Made by a program: the position numbers and the translations under genes
Source of the DNA: a virus
Taxonomy: Duplodnaviria; Caudoviricetes
Virus record (IMG/VR): IMGVR_UViG_3300011335_000591
Span: 1-34,765 of that record
Length of the DNA stretch: 34,765 nt
Reading direction: 5' to 3' (one strand)
Notes under the pieces: generated by a model
What the model was told of the DNA's origin: nothing
Seen by the model: only the letters and a program-made list of their open reading frames with translations
Databases searched by the model: none
In this document: positions 1-8,323 of the stretch, piece after piece
How positions within the stretch are numbered: position 1 is the stretch's first letter
Layout: every line of letters starts with the position of its first letter

Positions 1-10
1 GGTTCCGAGG
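1..10. repeat. Left copy of 10-bp terminal direct repeat GGTTCCGAGG (candidate cos cohesive end)
   Basis: Identical to 34756-34765; lies upstream of the packaging genes, where cos sits in lambda-like phages. Confidence 0.6.
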
Positions 11-92
11 CGCGACTTTTTTGTGCGAATTGACTCATCAACCTTTATGTCAAACACTTATACCATAAATCTTGCGTAACTTTTTTAACCCT

Positions 93-1292
93 ATGAAATA
101 CCCCTGCCTACTAACCAAAAAAATAAACGAAATCTCCTCGGCAAAATATAACCCAAGAAAAATTACCGATGAAGCGATGGGTCGATTGACCAAGAGCCTA
201 GCGGAGTTTGGAAACATCCAGCCGATCACTTGGAATGTGCGAACTGGGAATGTGGTGGGAGGCCACCAGAGGCTCAAAGTCTATAAGGCTATGGGCAAAA
301 CCGAGGTGGATGTTTGGGCGGTCGATCTAGATGAGCAGAAGGAGAAGGCGGCCAACATCGCCCTCAACAAGTTAAGCGGAGAGTTCGATATGCCAATGCT
401 CAAAGATATCCTAGAAGAAATCGATACTGGCGATCTAGATATGGAAATTACTGGGTTCGGCATGGACGAGATTGCTTTGATGATGGAGGACGCACACCCA
501 GAAATCACCGAGGACGAAGTACCAGAAGTTCCAGTCGATGCGATCACCAAGCCGGGTGACTTGTGGCTTCTTGGTGAACATAGGGTGCTTTGTGGGGACT
601 CAACAAGCGAGGCAGATGTGTCTAGGCTTATGAATGGAGAAAAGGCAGATATGGTTTTTACCGACCCGCCTTATGGGGTCAATTACGATGGAGGACACGC
701 AACAGATAAGCGGAGAGAAAAACTTAAAAACGACAACTCCACGCTAATCTACGATGACTCTGTTCCAAATATGTTTAAGCACTCGAAGGATGAGGCCGCC
801 CTATACTTATGGTTTGCCGCCACCAAGTCGCTCCAAGTCCTCCAAGTCCTCCAAGTCCTCCAAGTCCTCCAAGCAAATAATTATGTAATTCGCAGTTGGC
901 TCATTTGGAATAAAAATCAAGCTCAATTTGGAGCTATTGGAGCACAATATAAACAGAAACACGAACCCTGCTTGTATTGTTTCAAAAAAGGAGAAAGCCC
1001 ATATTGGAACGGCCCAAACAACGAAGTTTCTGTTTGGGACGAAAAGCGTTCAAGAATAAACGAATTTCACCCGACACAAAAGCCAGTAGAACTATCCGGC
1101 AGGGCATTGGCAAATTCTTGCCCAGCAAGCGGCTTGGTTCTTGATTTATTTCTGGGTTCTGGTGCAACTCTTATTGGTGCAGAGCAAACAAAACGCAAAT
1201 GCTACGGAATGGAAATCAGCCCCAACTACTGCGATGTGATTGTGAAGCGATGGGAAAACCTTACTGGCAAAAAGGCCACGCTTGCCAAATGA
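93..1292 (+). CDS. ParB-like N-terminal domain fused to N6-adenine/N4-cytosine DNA methyltransferase (beta class)
   Basis: YNPRKI...VVGGHQRL ParB-like motifs; LGEHRVLCGDST, FTDPPY, HPTQKPV, LDLFLGSG motifs. ATG at 93 preferred over the track start at 72. Confidence 0.92.
   Translation: MKYPCLLTKKINEISSAKYNPRKITDEAMGRLTKSLAEFGNIQPITWNVRTGNVVGGHQRLKVYKAMGKTEVDVWAVDLDEQKEKAANIALNKLSGEFDMPMLKDILEEIDTGDLDMEITGFGMDEIALMMEDAHPEITEDEVPEVPVDAITKPGDLWLLGEHRVLCGDSTSEADVSRLMNGEKADMVFTDPPYGVNYDGGHATDKRREKLKNDNSTLIYDDSVPNMFKHSKDEAALYLWFAATKSLQVLQVLQVLQVLQANNYVIRSWLIWNKNQAQFGAIGAQYKQKHEPCLYCFKKGESPYWNGPNNEVSVWDEKRSRINEFHPTQKPVELSGRALANSCPASGLVLDLFLGSGATLIGAEQTKRKCYGMEISPNYCDVIVKRWENLTGKKATLAK
831..873 (+). 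repeat. 9-bp tandem repeat (CTCCAAGTC)x4 plus a partial copy, in frame (LQV)x4-LQ
   Basis: Read directly from sequence. Confidence 0.95.
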
Positions 1293-1325
1293 ATGAGGAC
1301 TATCCCTCCGCAGTTACCCTAGCCA

Positions 1326-1919
1326 ATGATTACCCAAAAAGAACTCCGAGAAAAGTGGGGCATCGACGCGGGGCAGTTGTCTAGAATGGTAAAGCGAGGT
1401 ATGCCCCTTACAAGCGAGTCAGACGCTCAAAGGTGGAGGCTCGCCAACCAGAAGCGAGTGAGCAAGAATCTCCACGCACCATCCCCGACCTCCTCCGAGC
1501 CATTGAAGGACTCGGATGCCGAGTCATACAAATCGAAAACCTCGCTTGGCAGATTGAATCGAGCGAAGCAAGCGGAAGTAGTTGCTTACTCATTGGTAGC
1601 TACGGCGGCAAACAATCAAAACCCAGTAGCGATGCGGGCGGCGGTTCAAGGATGGGGCGAAGCAAAAAAGCGAGTCGCAGAAGCCGAAATGGAACACGCT
1701 CGCTTCGAGGAAGTAACCAGAGTGCTTGTGAGAATGGACGAGGTGCGGGAAGTGTTCGGCAAGTGGTTGGGAGCAATTAGAAACCTAATGGATGCAATGC
1801 CTTCCAGCTTGGCCGCACGAGCAAACCCAAGTGACCCAGAGTGTGCTAAAAGGGCTATTCAAGAGGGCATCGATCAAATCTTTGTGACCATCCAGAAAGC
1901 AGAAGGAGCGTTCAAATGA
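1326..1919 (+). CDS. Terminase small subunit (lambda Nu1-like)
   Basis: N-terminal HTH ending in GMP, coiled coil, C-terminal LV..DEV...IRNLMDAMP.SLA pattern; upstream of TerL. Confidence 0.8.
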   Translation: MITQKELREKWGIDAGQLSRMVKRGMPLTSESDAQRWRLANQKRVSKNLHAPSPTSSEPLKDSDAESYKSKTSLGRLNRAKQAEVVAYSLVATAANNQNPVAMRAAVQGWGEAKKRVAEAEMEHARFEEVTRVLVRMDEVREVFGKWLGAIRNLMDAMPSSLAARANPSDPECAKRAIQEGIDQIFVTIQKAEGAFK

Positions 1920-2053
1920 TACTAGGACTAAAAATTGGGGTTGGGATAGTGCTTGGAATCGTGCTACTTAATATAGCGTTCTGGGCTTGCGTTATTCTCG
2001 CCTATCTACTCGCTACTTTATTTGAGTGCATCGGGAAGTGGATTAACAAATGA
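1916..2053 (+). CDS. 45-aa hydrophobic membrane peptide (MILGLKIGVGIVLGIVLLNIAFWACVILAYLLATLFECIGKWINK)
   Basis: Manually translated; ATGA overlaps at both ends. Confidence 0.65.
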   Translation: MILGLKIGVGIVLGIVLLNIAFWACVILAYLLATLFECIGKWINK

Positions 2054-2124
2054 ATGAGTGCTTTCTTGTCATCATCGCCACTCTCGGCCTACTAGGATTG
2101 ATTCTGCCATTCTTTGACGAATGA
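2050..2124 (+). CDS. 24-aa hydrophobic peptide (MNECFLVIIATLGLLGLILPFFDE)
   Basis: Manually translated; ATGA overlaps at both ends and fills the gap exactly. Confidence 0.55.
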   Translation: MNECFLVIIATLGLLGLILPFFDE

Positions 2125-2426
2125 AACGCTCTCCCCTTAAACGCAAAACCCCGCTCAAGCGAGGCGGGAAACTACGCCGAGTCTCTGCAAAGAGAAAAGG
2201 CCAGAACGAAGTCTATCGTGATGTAAGGGAAAAGTTTTTAACCAACAATCCGGTATGCCAAGTTTGCCAACACAAGATGGCGAGCCAAGTTCACCATAGG
2301 CGAGGGAGGTTTGGGGATAGGCTAAATGAGGTGGAGTTTTTCTTGGCTGTTTGTTTCGAGTGCCATCACGAAATCCATCACAAGCCAGCTTGGGCATACG
2401 CAAAAGATTATATGGTCAAGAGATGA
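2121..2426 (+). CDS. HNH endonuclease (terminase-associated)
   Basis: CQVC...VHH...LAVCFECHHEIH; basic N-terminus; adjacent to TerL. Confidence 0.85.
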   Translation: MKRSPLKRKTPLKRGGKLRRVSAKRKGQNEVYRDVREKFLTNNPVCQVCQHKMASQVHHRRGRFGDRLNEVEFFLAVCFECHHEIHHKPAWAYAKDYMVKR

Positions 2427-4210
2427 ACCAGATCGATGAGGCCAAGAACTTTGCCCGCCTTTTGTTTGAGCCAAGGGAACAACTCTCAATTCCAGAGTGG
2501 GCAGAGAAAAACCTAACCCTTTCCGCAAGAGTAACGAACATTCCCGGTGCGTACTCGACCAACCTCACACCCTATGTCCGTGAACCGCTAGAGGCTTTTG
2601 GTGATGATTCGATTCGCAGGGTGGTGTTGGTATGGGGGGCGCAAACAAGCAAGACCACAACGATTCTAGCTGGCCTAGCGTACCGAGTAGCAGAGCGACC
2701 TTGCCCCGCCTTGTGGGTGATGCCTAGTGAGCATTTGGCAAGATCATTTACAGAAACCCGATGGCTTCCTATGGTGGACGATTGCCCTGCACTAGCCAAG
2801 GAACGGCCAGAGAATACAGACCGAATTAAAATCCTAGAGCAACACTTTAAGCGATGCTCGGTATGGTGGGCTGGCACAAGCCCCTCGGCTCTTTCCAGTC
2901 GCTCGATTGCGTTGCTCTGCATGGATGAGGTCGACAAGTTTCCAGAGCAAGCAGGGTCGGGGCGAGAGGCCAACCCAGTACAACTTGCCGAGGCTAGAGT
3001 TAGCACCTATCCCAATCATTTAATCATAGCAACCAGCACCCCGACAACTGCCGACTCAATTATTTGGAGCGAATGGCAAAAAGGGGATATGCGATTCTAT
3101 TTCGTGCCTTGCCCTCATTGTGGGCATAAACAAAAACTGATTTGGGGGCAAGTGAAGTGGGATGAAGCCGCCAAGATCGAGGATGGGGTTTATGATTTCA
3201 AACTGGTGAAATCTAGCACCCACTACGAGTGCGAGGAGTGCAAGGGCAAGATTACAGACGGACAGAAAACCAAGATGCTTCGTGAGGGCGAATGGAGGGC
3301 AACCAATCTCAAGGGTGAGCCTAACCGCAGGAGCTATCACCTCAATGGCATCTACGCCCCTTGGGTTAGCTTTGGGAGCTTGGCAGTCAAATACCTTCAA
3401 GACAAACACAACGGAATCATCGGCCTGCAAGACTTTGTGAACCGAGTCCTAGCCGAGCCTTGGATGGAACACGAAAGCGAGAAGATGGAAATCGTGGCGG
3501 GCGACTACAAGATGGGAGAGGTCAGAGTGAACGAGAAGCTGATTATGGCTTGCGACATCCAAGAGGCGGGGGGCTTCCACGCTTGGTGCGTTGTTAGGGC
3601 TTGGGATTTGGAGGGGAGGTCAAGGCTTGTGTGGGCTGGGAGATTAGAAACTTGGGGAGACATCCAAGCCAAGGCCGAGGAGTTTAAGGTGGAGAGCAAG
3701 TGCGTTTTCTGCGACTCGGGCGATCAAACCCGAGATGTTTATTTCAACTGTTGCAAGAACGGCTGGATGGCGTTGCTTGGCTCAGATCGCACCAGCTTCT
3801 CCGAAATTGTAGACGAGCGAAAACTACAACGCCCCTACGCTCGAATCGCCAATGGCGACCCATTCAGCGGTAAGGCAGTTCAATCAAAGGCAGGGTGGAA
3901 GTGGAAGTTCTGCCCAGTTTGGCGGTGGAGCAATCCAGTATTCAAAGACATCCTCTCCAACCTTTTGAAAGAACCCGGATACATAGCCCTCGACACTCCC
4001 GATGTTTGGCGAGTCCACATCGAGGCAGAGGTGAAGGTGAGAGTGAAGAATCCTATGACCGGAAGGGAAAGGCTTGTGTGGAAGCAAGTCGGGAAGCATA
4101 ATCATTTAATGGACTGTGAATGTATGTCGATTGTCGGTGCGGCTTTATATGGTCGATTAAAAGTCTCTCCCGCAAGTTTGACAGAGGAGGAGGTGAATGG
4201 CGAAGGGTGA
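2423..4210 (+). CDS. Terminase large subunit, GpA family
   Basis: TPY.REP, Walker A GAQTSKT, Walker B LCMDEVD, STPT, FVPCPHCG, ACDIQ nuclease motif, NHLMDC. ATG 2423 overlaps the HNH stop (ATGA). Confidence 0.95.
   Translation: MNQIDEAKNFARLLFEPREQLSIPEWAEKNLTLSARVTNIPGAYSTNLTPYVREPLEAFGDDSIRRVVLVWGAQTSKTTTILAGLAYRVAERPCPALWVMPSEHLARSFTETRWLPMVDDCPALAKERPENTDRIKILEQHFKRCSVWWAGTSPSALSSRSIALLCMDEVDKFPEQAGSGREANPVQLAEARVSTYPNHLIIATSTPTTADSIIWSEWQKGDMRFYFVPCPHCGHKQKLIWGQVKWDEAAKIEDGVYDFKLVKSSTHYECEECKGKITDGQKTKMLREGEWRATNLKGEPNRRSYHLNGIYAPWVSFGSLAVKYLQDKHNGIIGLQDFVNRVLAEPWMEHESEKMEIVAGDYKMGEVRVNEKLIMACDIQEAGGFHAWCVVRAWDLEGRSRLVWAGRLETWGDIQAKAEEFKVESKCVFCDSGDQTRDVYFNCCKNGWMALLGSDRTSFSEIVDERKLQRPYARIANGDPFSGKAVQSKAGWKWKFCPVWRWSNPVFKDILSNLLKEPGYIALDTPDVWRVHIEAEVKVRVKNPMTGRERLVWKQVGKHNHLMDCECMSIVGAALYGRLKVSPASLTEEEVNGEG
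4178..4199 (+). promoter_or_regulatory. TTGACA-N13-ATG late-gene motif (spacer contains GGAGGTGA SD)
   Basis: Recurrent motif, see findings. Confidence 0.5.
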
Positions 4211-4430
4211 TTTTCTCGGGCTACCCCTTGCCACCCTAACTTCGTTGCGTGATAAATATATCACTTGTCTTGAAGCGATAGCGGTGGCGGGCTCAAGCTA
4301 TTCGATCGCAGGCCGTTCTTTTTCAAGGGCGAACCTCGGCGAAGTCCGTGATACTATCGCAGAATTGACCCTAGCCATTGAGTCTGCCAACGGCACTCGT
4401 ATCCGCACCACTTACGCAAAGTTCTCGTGA
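4197..4430 (+). CDS. Head completion protein (lambda gpW-like)
   Basis: 77 aa between TerL and portal; SYSIAGRSFSRANL pattern. Confidence 0.75.
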   Translation: MAKGDFLGLPLATLTSLRDKYITCLEAIAVAGSSYSIAGRSFSRANLGEVRDTIAELTLAIESANGTRIRTTYAKFS

Positions 4431-7210
4431 AAAAAGCACAGCTAAATTTAATCGACAAAGCCGTTGCATTTCTGAACCCGCAGGGGGCAGTTAATCGGAT
4501 GATTGCACGGCAGAAGCTCGTCAACTTCTCTTACGATGCGGTCAAATATACAAGGGAACGCAAGGGGCCGAGTTCTCTTTCTGGTGCGGAAGATTATCGT
4601 TCCAACTACGACCGAGTAGAGTTAATGAAAAGGGCGAGGGACTTGGCCGAAAATGTTGGCCTTGTTCGCTCTATCTTAATGAAGTTCGCTAGTCATACCG
4701 CCGCCAATGTCTCCTACCAAGCCAGAACCGAGAATCCAGTAGTCAATACCGAGGTTGAGGCGTACTGGGCAGAGTGGTGGGACAAGTGCGACCTAACCAC
4801 AAGACATACCGGCTCAACGCTTATGCAAGTGGCGATGATGTCGATGCTACGAGACGGAGATTTTTTGATAGTCCTCGTGAGAGACAAGGATGGCAACCTA
4901 AAGATTCAAGGCATCGAGGCAGATAGGTTGGGTGACCCATTCAAGGTTTATACAAGCCTAGATTTGATCGGTGGAATCCATATTGATCGAGATACTGGTG
5001 CGCCGAGTGCCTACGACATCTACAACCGAAGCATCGGGGATTTCTACACCTACCAAGCAACTATCCCCTCAAGCCAAGCCTTTCACTTATTCGACCCACT
5101 CCGCATTGACCAGTACCGAGGAATCTCCGCTTTCCATACCGCAATCAATGACGCAACCGACATATACGATATAATCAACTTCGAGAAGATGGCCGCTAAA
5201 AATGCAAGCTCACAAGCTGGCATCGTGAAGCGCAATAACAACAATGCCTCCGACCTATCCTCGCTTACGAACGATGAGGATTTGAATGGGAACACGATTA
5301 AGCTAGAGGCGATTGAGTCTGGCAAAATCTCCTACCTAGAGCCGGGTGAAGATATTATTTTCCCAGACGGCCCGAGCCGACCAAGCGGAGCGTTTGCCGA
5401 GTTCCATAAGATTCTTTTGCGGAACATTTGCCTTGGGCTTGGCATCCCCTACTCATTCGCCGTTGACCCTTCCGCTATGAGTGGCCCGACCGCCCGCCTT
5501 GAGATGCAACAAGCAGGCCGAACCTTCCGCAGATACCAGAAGCTCCTAGATGATAAAGTTCTTCGCCCCATCAAGAACATCGTAATTGCAGACGGAGTAG
5601 CAAGAGGATTGATCGAGAACAATGTCGGGACAAGAACCACTAAGGGCATCTTTAACTTTGGGGCGAATGTGTCTATTGATTTGGGCAGAGAATCCGCTTC
5701 AGCAATCTCCGAGTTCAAGACTGGACTCCGCACCGCCGCCGACATCTACGCAGAGCGAGGCCAAGACTTTGAGAGTGCTATGAGGCAAAGGGCTATTGAG
5801 GCCAAGCTGATTAAGGACTTGGCAGAGAAGTATGGAGTAGCCCCAGAAACCATTTCCGATATTGTCACACCGACACCGCCACAACCGCAACAACCTCCCG
5901 CCCCTGCACCCAAACAAGTAGCACCCACAAAGGAGCAACCAGAGGAGGGCGAGGATGAGGGTGGAGACCAGAAACCCATTCCAGAAGACCCGATTGACCC
6001 ATCCTCCGAGGAGCTAGAGGTTAAAAAAAAAGATACTGAAGAGGCGTTAGCTAAGCTCGACCCAGCATCCATTAAAATGCTGATCGAGGGAATGATGGGA
6101 GGGATTGAGTTGGCAAAGTATGATGGGATTGATTTCACCCCACCAGAGGGAGCAAGGGAGGCCGCCAAAAGAGCCTTGAATGTTAGAGAGACAAAACCAT
6201 CCAGCCAAAGGGGAATGACTCCGGTGGGCATCGCTAGGGCTAGGGATTTGCAGAATGGCGTGAAACTCTCCCCAGATACAGTCAAGAGGATGCTGAACTT
6301 CCTAACTCGCCACGAAGTCGATAAGAAGGGTGCAACTTGGGACGAGCAAGGCAAGGGCTGGCAAGCGTGGAATGGATGGGGTGGCGATGCTGGTTATGCG
6401 TGGGCAAGGAAAGTAGTTGGACAGATGGAGGCAAGGGATAAGAAAGAACTAGCAGAACCAGCCTCTTGCCCAATCGCAACTCAAGACATCAAAACTAATT
6501 TAGCCAATAGGCAGACAGCGGTTGATGATGCAAACTACGGCCCAGCCAATCCAAACGAGCCAAACGAGGACTACTGGAAAGCCAAGGCAGACGAGTTCCA
6601 AGGCGATGTAGCAACGGCCAAGAAAATGCTTTGTGGTAATTGTGCGGCTTTCGACCAGAGAAGCAAAGTTCTAGGGTGCATCAAGAAGGGGATTGGAGAG
6701 GATGCAAACGAGGTGGCTATTGGTGGCGATCTGGGTTACTGCGAGATTTTTGACTTCAAGTGTGCCGCTAAAAGGACTTGTGATGCTTGGATTGTGGGTG
6801 GGCCGATTACCGACAAGAAAGAGGAACTAGCCCGACCAGTCTCCCAAACACCAGCCCCTCCCAAGGAGAGAATCAAAGGCTCGAAGGAGAACCCAGAAGG
6901 CACGGCATCCACCCGAAGCAAGGCTGGTGATATTGAGATTTCAGACGAGAATGAGGAGGCACTCAAGAACAAGATCGCCGAGTTCAAAGACAAGCATCCA
7001 ACAAGGAAAGCCCCTAGCCTTGGAGCGTTAAAGAAAGTGTTTCGTAGGGGGGCGGGTGCGTTCTCGACTAGCTTTAGGCCAACGATTACCGGGGGAAAGC
7101 CTAACTCTAGGAACGCTTGGGCTATGGCTAGGGTGAACAAGTTTCTCAAGATGGCTGGCGGGGGAGAGGTTAAAGAGAGTTATCGCAAGGCAGACGGCGA
7201 TCTTCTTTGA
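4427..7210 (+). CDS. Portal protein (lambda gpB family) with ~400-aa C-terminal multi-domain extension
   Basis: RARDL..N, LRDGD, IEADRL, R..QYRGIS, ISYLEPGE motifs in the first ~480 aa, then a Pro/Glu linker and three extra domains. Confidence 0.92.
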   Translation: MKKAQLNLIDKAVAFLNPQGAVNRMIARQKLVNFSYDAVKYTRERKGPSSLSGAEDYRSNYDRVELMKRARDLAENVGLVRSILMKFASHTAANVSYQARTENPVVNTEVEAYWAEWWDKCDLTTRHTGSTLMQVAMMSMLRDGDFLIVLVRDKDGNLKIQGIEADRLGDPFKVYTSLDLIGGIHIDRDTGAPSAYDIYNRSIGDFYTYQATIPSSQAFHLFDPLRIDQYRGISAFHTAINDATDIYDIINFEKMAAKNASSQAGIVKRNNNNASDLSSLTNDEDLNGNTIKLEAIESGKISYLEPGEDIIFPDGPSRPSGAFAEFHKILLRNICLGLGIPYSFAVDPSAMSGPTARLEMQQAGRTFRRYQKLLDDKVLRPIKNIVIADGVARGLIENNVGTRTTKGIFNFGANVSIDLGRESASAISEFKTGLRTAADIYAERGQDFESAMRQRAIEAKLIKDLAEKYGVAPETISDIVTPTPPQPQQPPAPAPKQVAPTKEQPEEGEDEGGDQKPIPEDPIDPSSEELEVKKKDTEEALAKLDPASIKMLIEGMMGGIELAKYDGIDFTPPEGAREAAKRALNVRETKPSSQRGMTPVGIARARDLQNGVKLSPDTVKRMLNFLTRHEVDKKGATWDEQGKGWQAWNGWGGDAGYAWARKVVGQMEARDKKELAEPASCPIATQDIKTNLANRQTAVDDANYGPANPNEPNEDYWKAKADEFQGDVATAKKMLCGNCAAFDQRSKVLGCIKKGIGEDANEVAIGGDLGYCEIFDFKCAAKRTCDAWIVGGPITDKKEELARPVSQTPAPPKERIKGSKENPEGTASTRSKAGDIEISDENEEALKNKIAEFKDKHPTRKAPSLGALKKVFRRGAGAFSTSFRPTITGGKPNSRNAWAMARVNKFLKMAGGGEVKESYRKADGDLL

Positions 7211-7230
7211 CACTATCTCGATGATTTATG
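7207..7230 (+). promoter_or_regulatory. TTGACA-N15-ATG late-gene motif
   Basis: Recurrent motif; no SD in the spacer. Confidence 0.5.
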
Positions 7231-8304
7231 CCCCTACCCATTCCTTCCGCTGACGAATCCGAACAAGACTTTGTTTCCCGCTTTATGGGAGACGAGCAAG
7301 CCATCAGCGACTTTCCAGAGGAGCAACAAAGGGCGGCGGTTGCCTATTCCACCTATCGGGACGAGGAACTAGAAGAAACCGAGCTAGGTGGAGTTTCAAT
7401 TTTGGAGGTAGGTGAGGCCAAGGGACACGACCTTTTCGTGGATAAAACAAGCCTAGAGACTGCCCTCAAACTTATGGGAAGTGCCAAGAATGGCGTGAAG
7501 GTCAAGATGAACCACGGAAGCGGATTGGATGCAGTCGTTGGGTTCGCAAGGAATCCACGCATTGAAGGGGACAAACTGATTGCCGACCTTCGCCTACTTC
7601 GCAACTCTCCCCACTATGGCCTCATTAAAGAGATGGCGTCCGAAGCCCCCGACCAGTTCGGCGTTTCCCTAGCCTTTGTAAATGAATCCGAGACGATTGA
7701 TGGTAAGGATTATATTCGACCCCAGAGCATCGCCTCTGCTGATTTAGTTTCCAGCCCAGCCGCCACGAACGGATTGTTCGAGGAGATGGTGAAGTTTATG
7801 GAAAAACTCGGTTATGTGCAGGGTGGCAAGACCATCCCAGCCGTATCCAAAGAAGCCGTGGAGGAAGCTCCACTTGACAAAAAGGACAAAACAAATATGG
7901 AAAACACAGATTACAAAAAAGATATGGACGAAATTAAGGTTCGTCTCGCCGCCTTGGAAGAGGCGATGAAACCCAAGGATGAGGAAGAGAAAGAGGAAGT
8001 TAAAGCCGAGGAAGCTCCCAAGGCCGTCATCGAAAAAGAAGATGAGGACAAGAAAGAGGAGAAAACCGAGGAAATGAGCGAGGTTGTGAAGAAAGTTCTA
8101 ACCGAGTTCGGCATTAAGCCCATCCCCGCCTCCCCTTCAATCGAAGTTCCTTCCGAGAAAAAGGAAGAACCCAAAACTTTTGAAGCTCTCGTGGCCGCCC
8201 ATAGCGACTACGGAACAAGCAAGCTCAAGGCGATGAAAGCCGTGATGCTCTCCAACCCCAAAGAATACACCGAGGCATTGTCTCGTGGTATTACTAAACT
8301 CTAA
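7228..8304 (+). CDS. Prohead protease/scaffold with a small N-terminal accessory domain
   Basis: Between portal and capsid genes; MNH...VVG...FGVS...DLVSSPAA protease-like motifs; acidic coiled C-terminal scaffold. Confidence 0.8.
   Translation: MPLPIPSADESEQDFVSRFMGDEQAISDFPEEQQRAAVAYSTYRDEELEETELGGVSILEVGEAKGHDLFVDKTSLETALKLMGSAKNGVKVKMNHGSGLDAVVGFARNPRIEGDKLIADLRLLRNSPHYGLIKEMASEAPDQFGVSLAFVNESETIDGKDYIRPQSIASADLVSSPAATNGLFEEMVKFMEKLGYVQGGKTIPAVSKEAVEEAPLDKKDKTNMENTDYKKDMDEIKVRLAALEEAMKPKDEEEKEEVKAEEAPKAVIEKEDEDKKEEKTEEMSEVVKKVLTEFGIKPIPASPSIEVPSEKKEEPKTFEALVAAHSDYGTSKLKAMKAVMLSNPKEYTEALSRGITKL
7897..8304 (+). CDS. Nested in-frame scaffold protein (lambda Nu3-like internal start)
   Basis: In-frame ATG preceded by TTGACA (7874) and AAAGGACAAAACAAA, a 15-mer identical to the leader of the gene at 28609. 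Confidence 0.6.
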   Translation: MENTDYKKDMDEIKVRLAALEEAMKPKDEEEKEEVKAEEAPKAVIEKEDEDKKEEKTEEMSEVVKKVLTEFGIKPIPASPSIEVPSEKKEEPKTFEALVAAHSDYGTSKLKAMKAVMLSNPKEYTEALSRGITKL

Positions 8305-8323
8305 ATAAAAGGATAATACTAAA

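Noticed and set aside
2351-2422. TerL start at 2351
   Set aside because: Overlaps the HNH gene; ATG 2423 with ATGA coupling is more plausible
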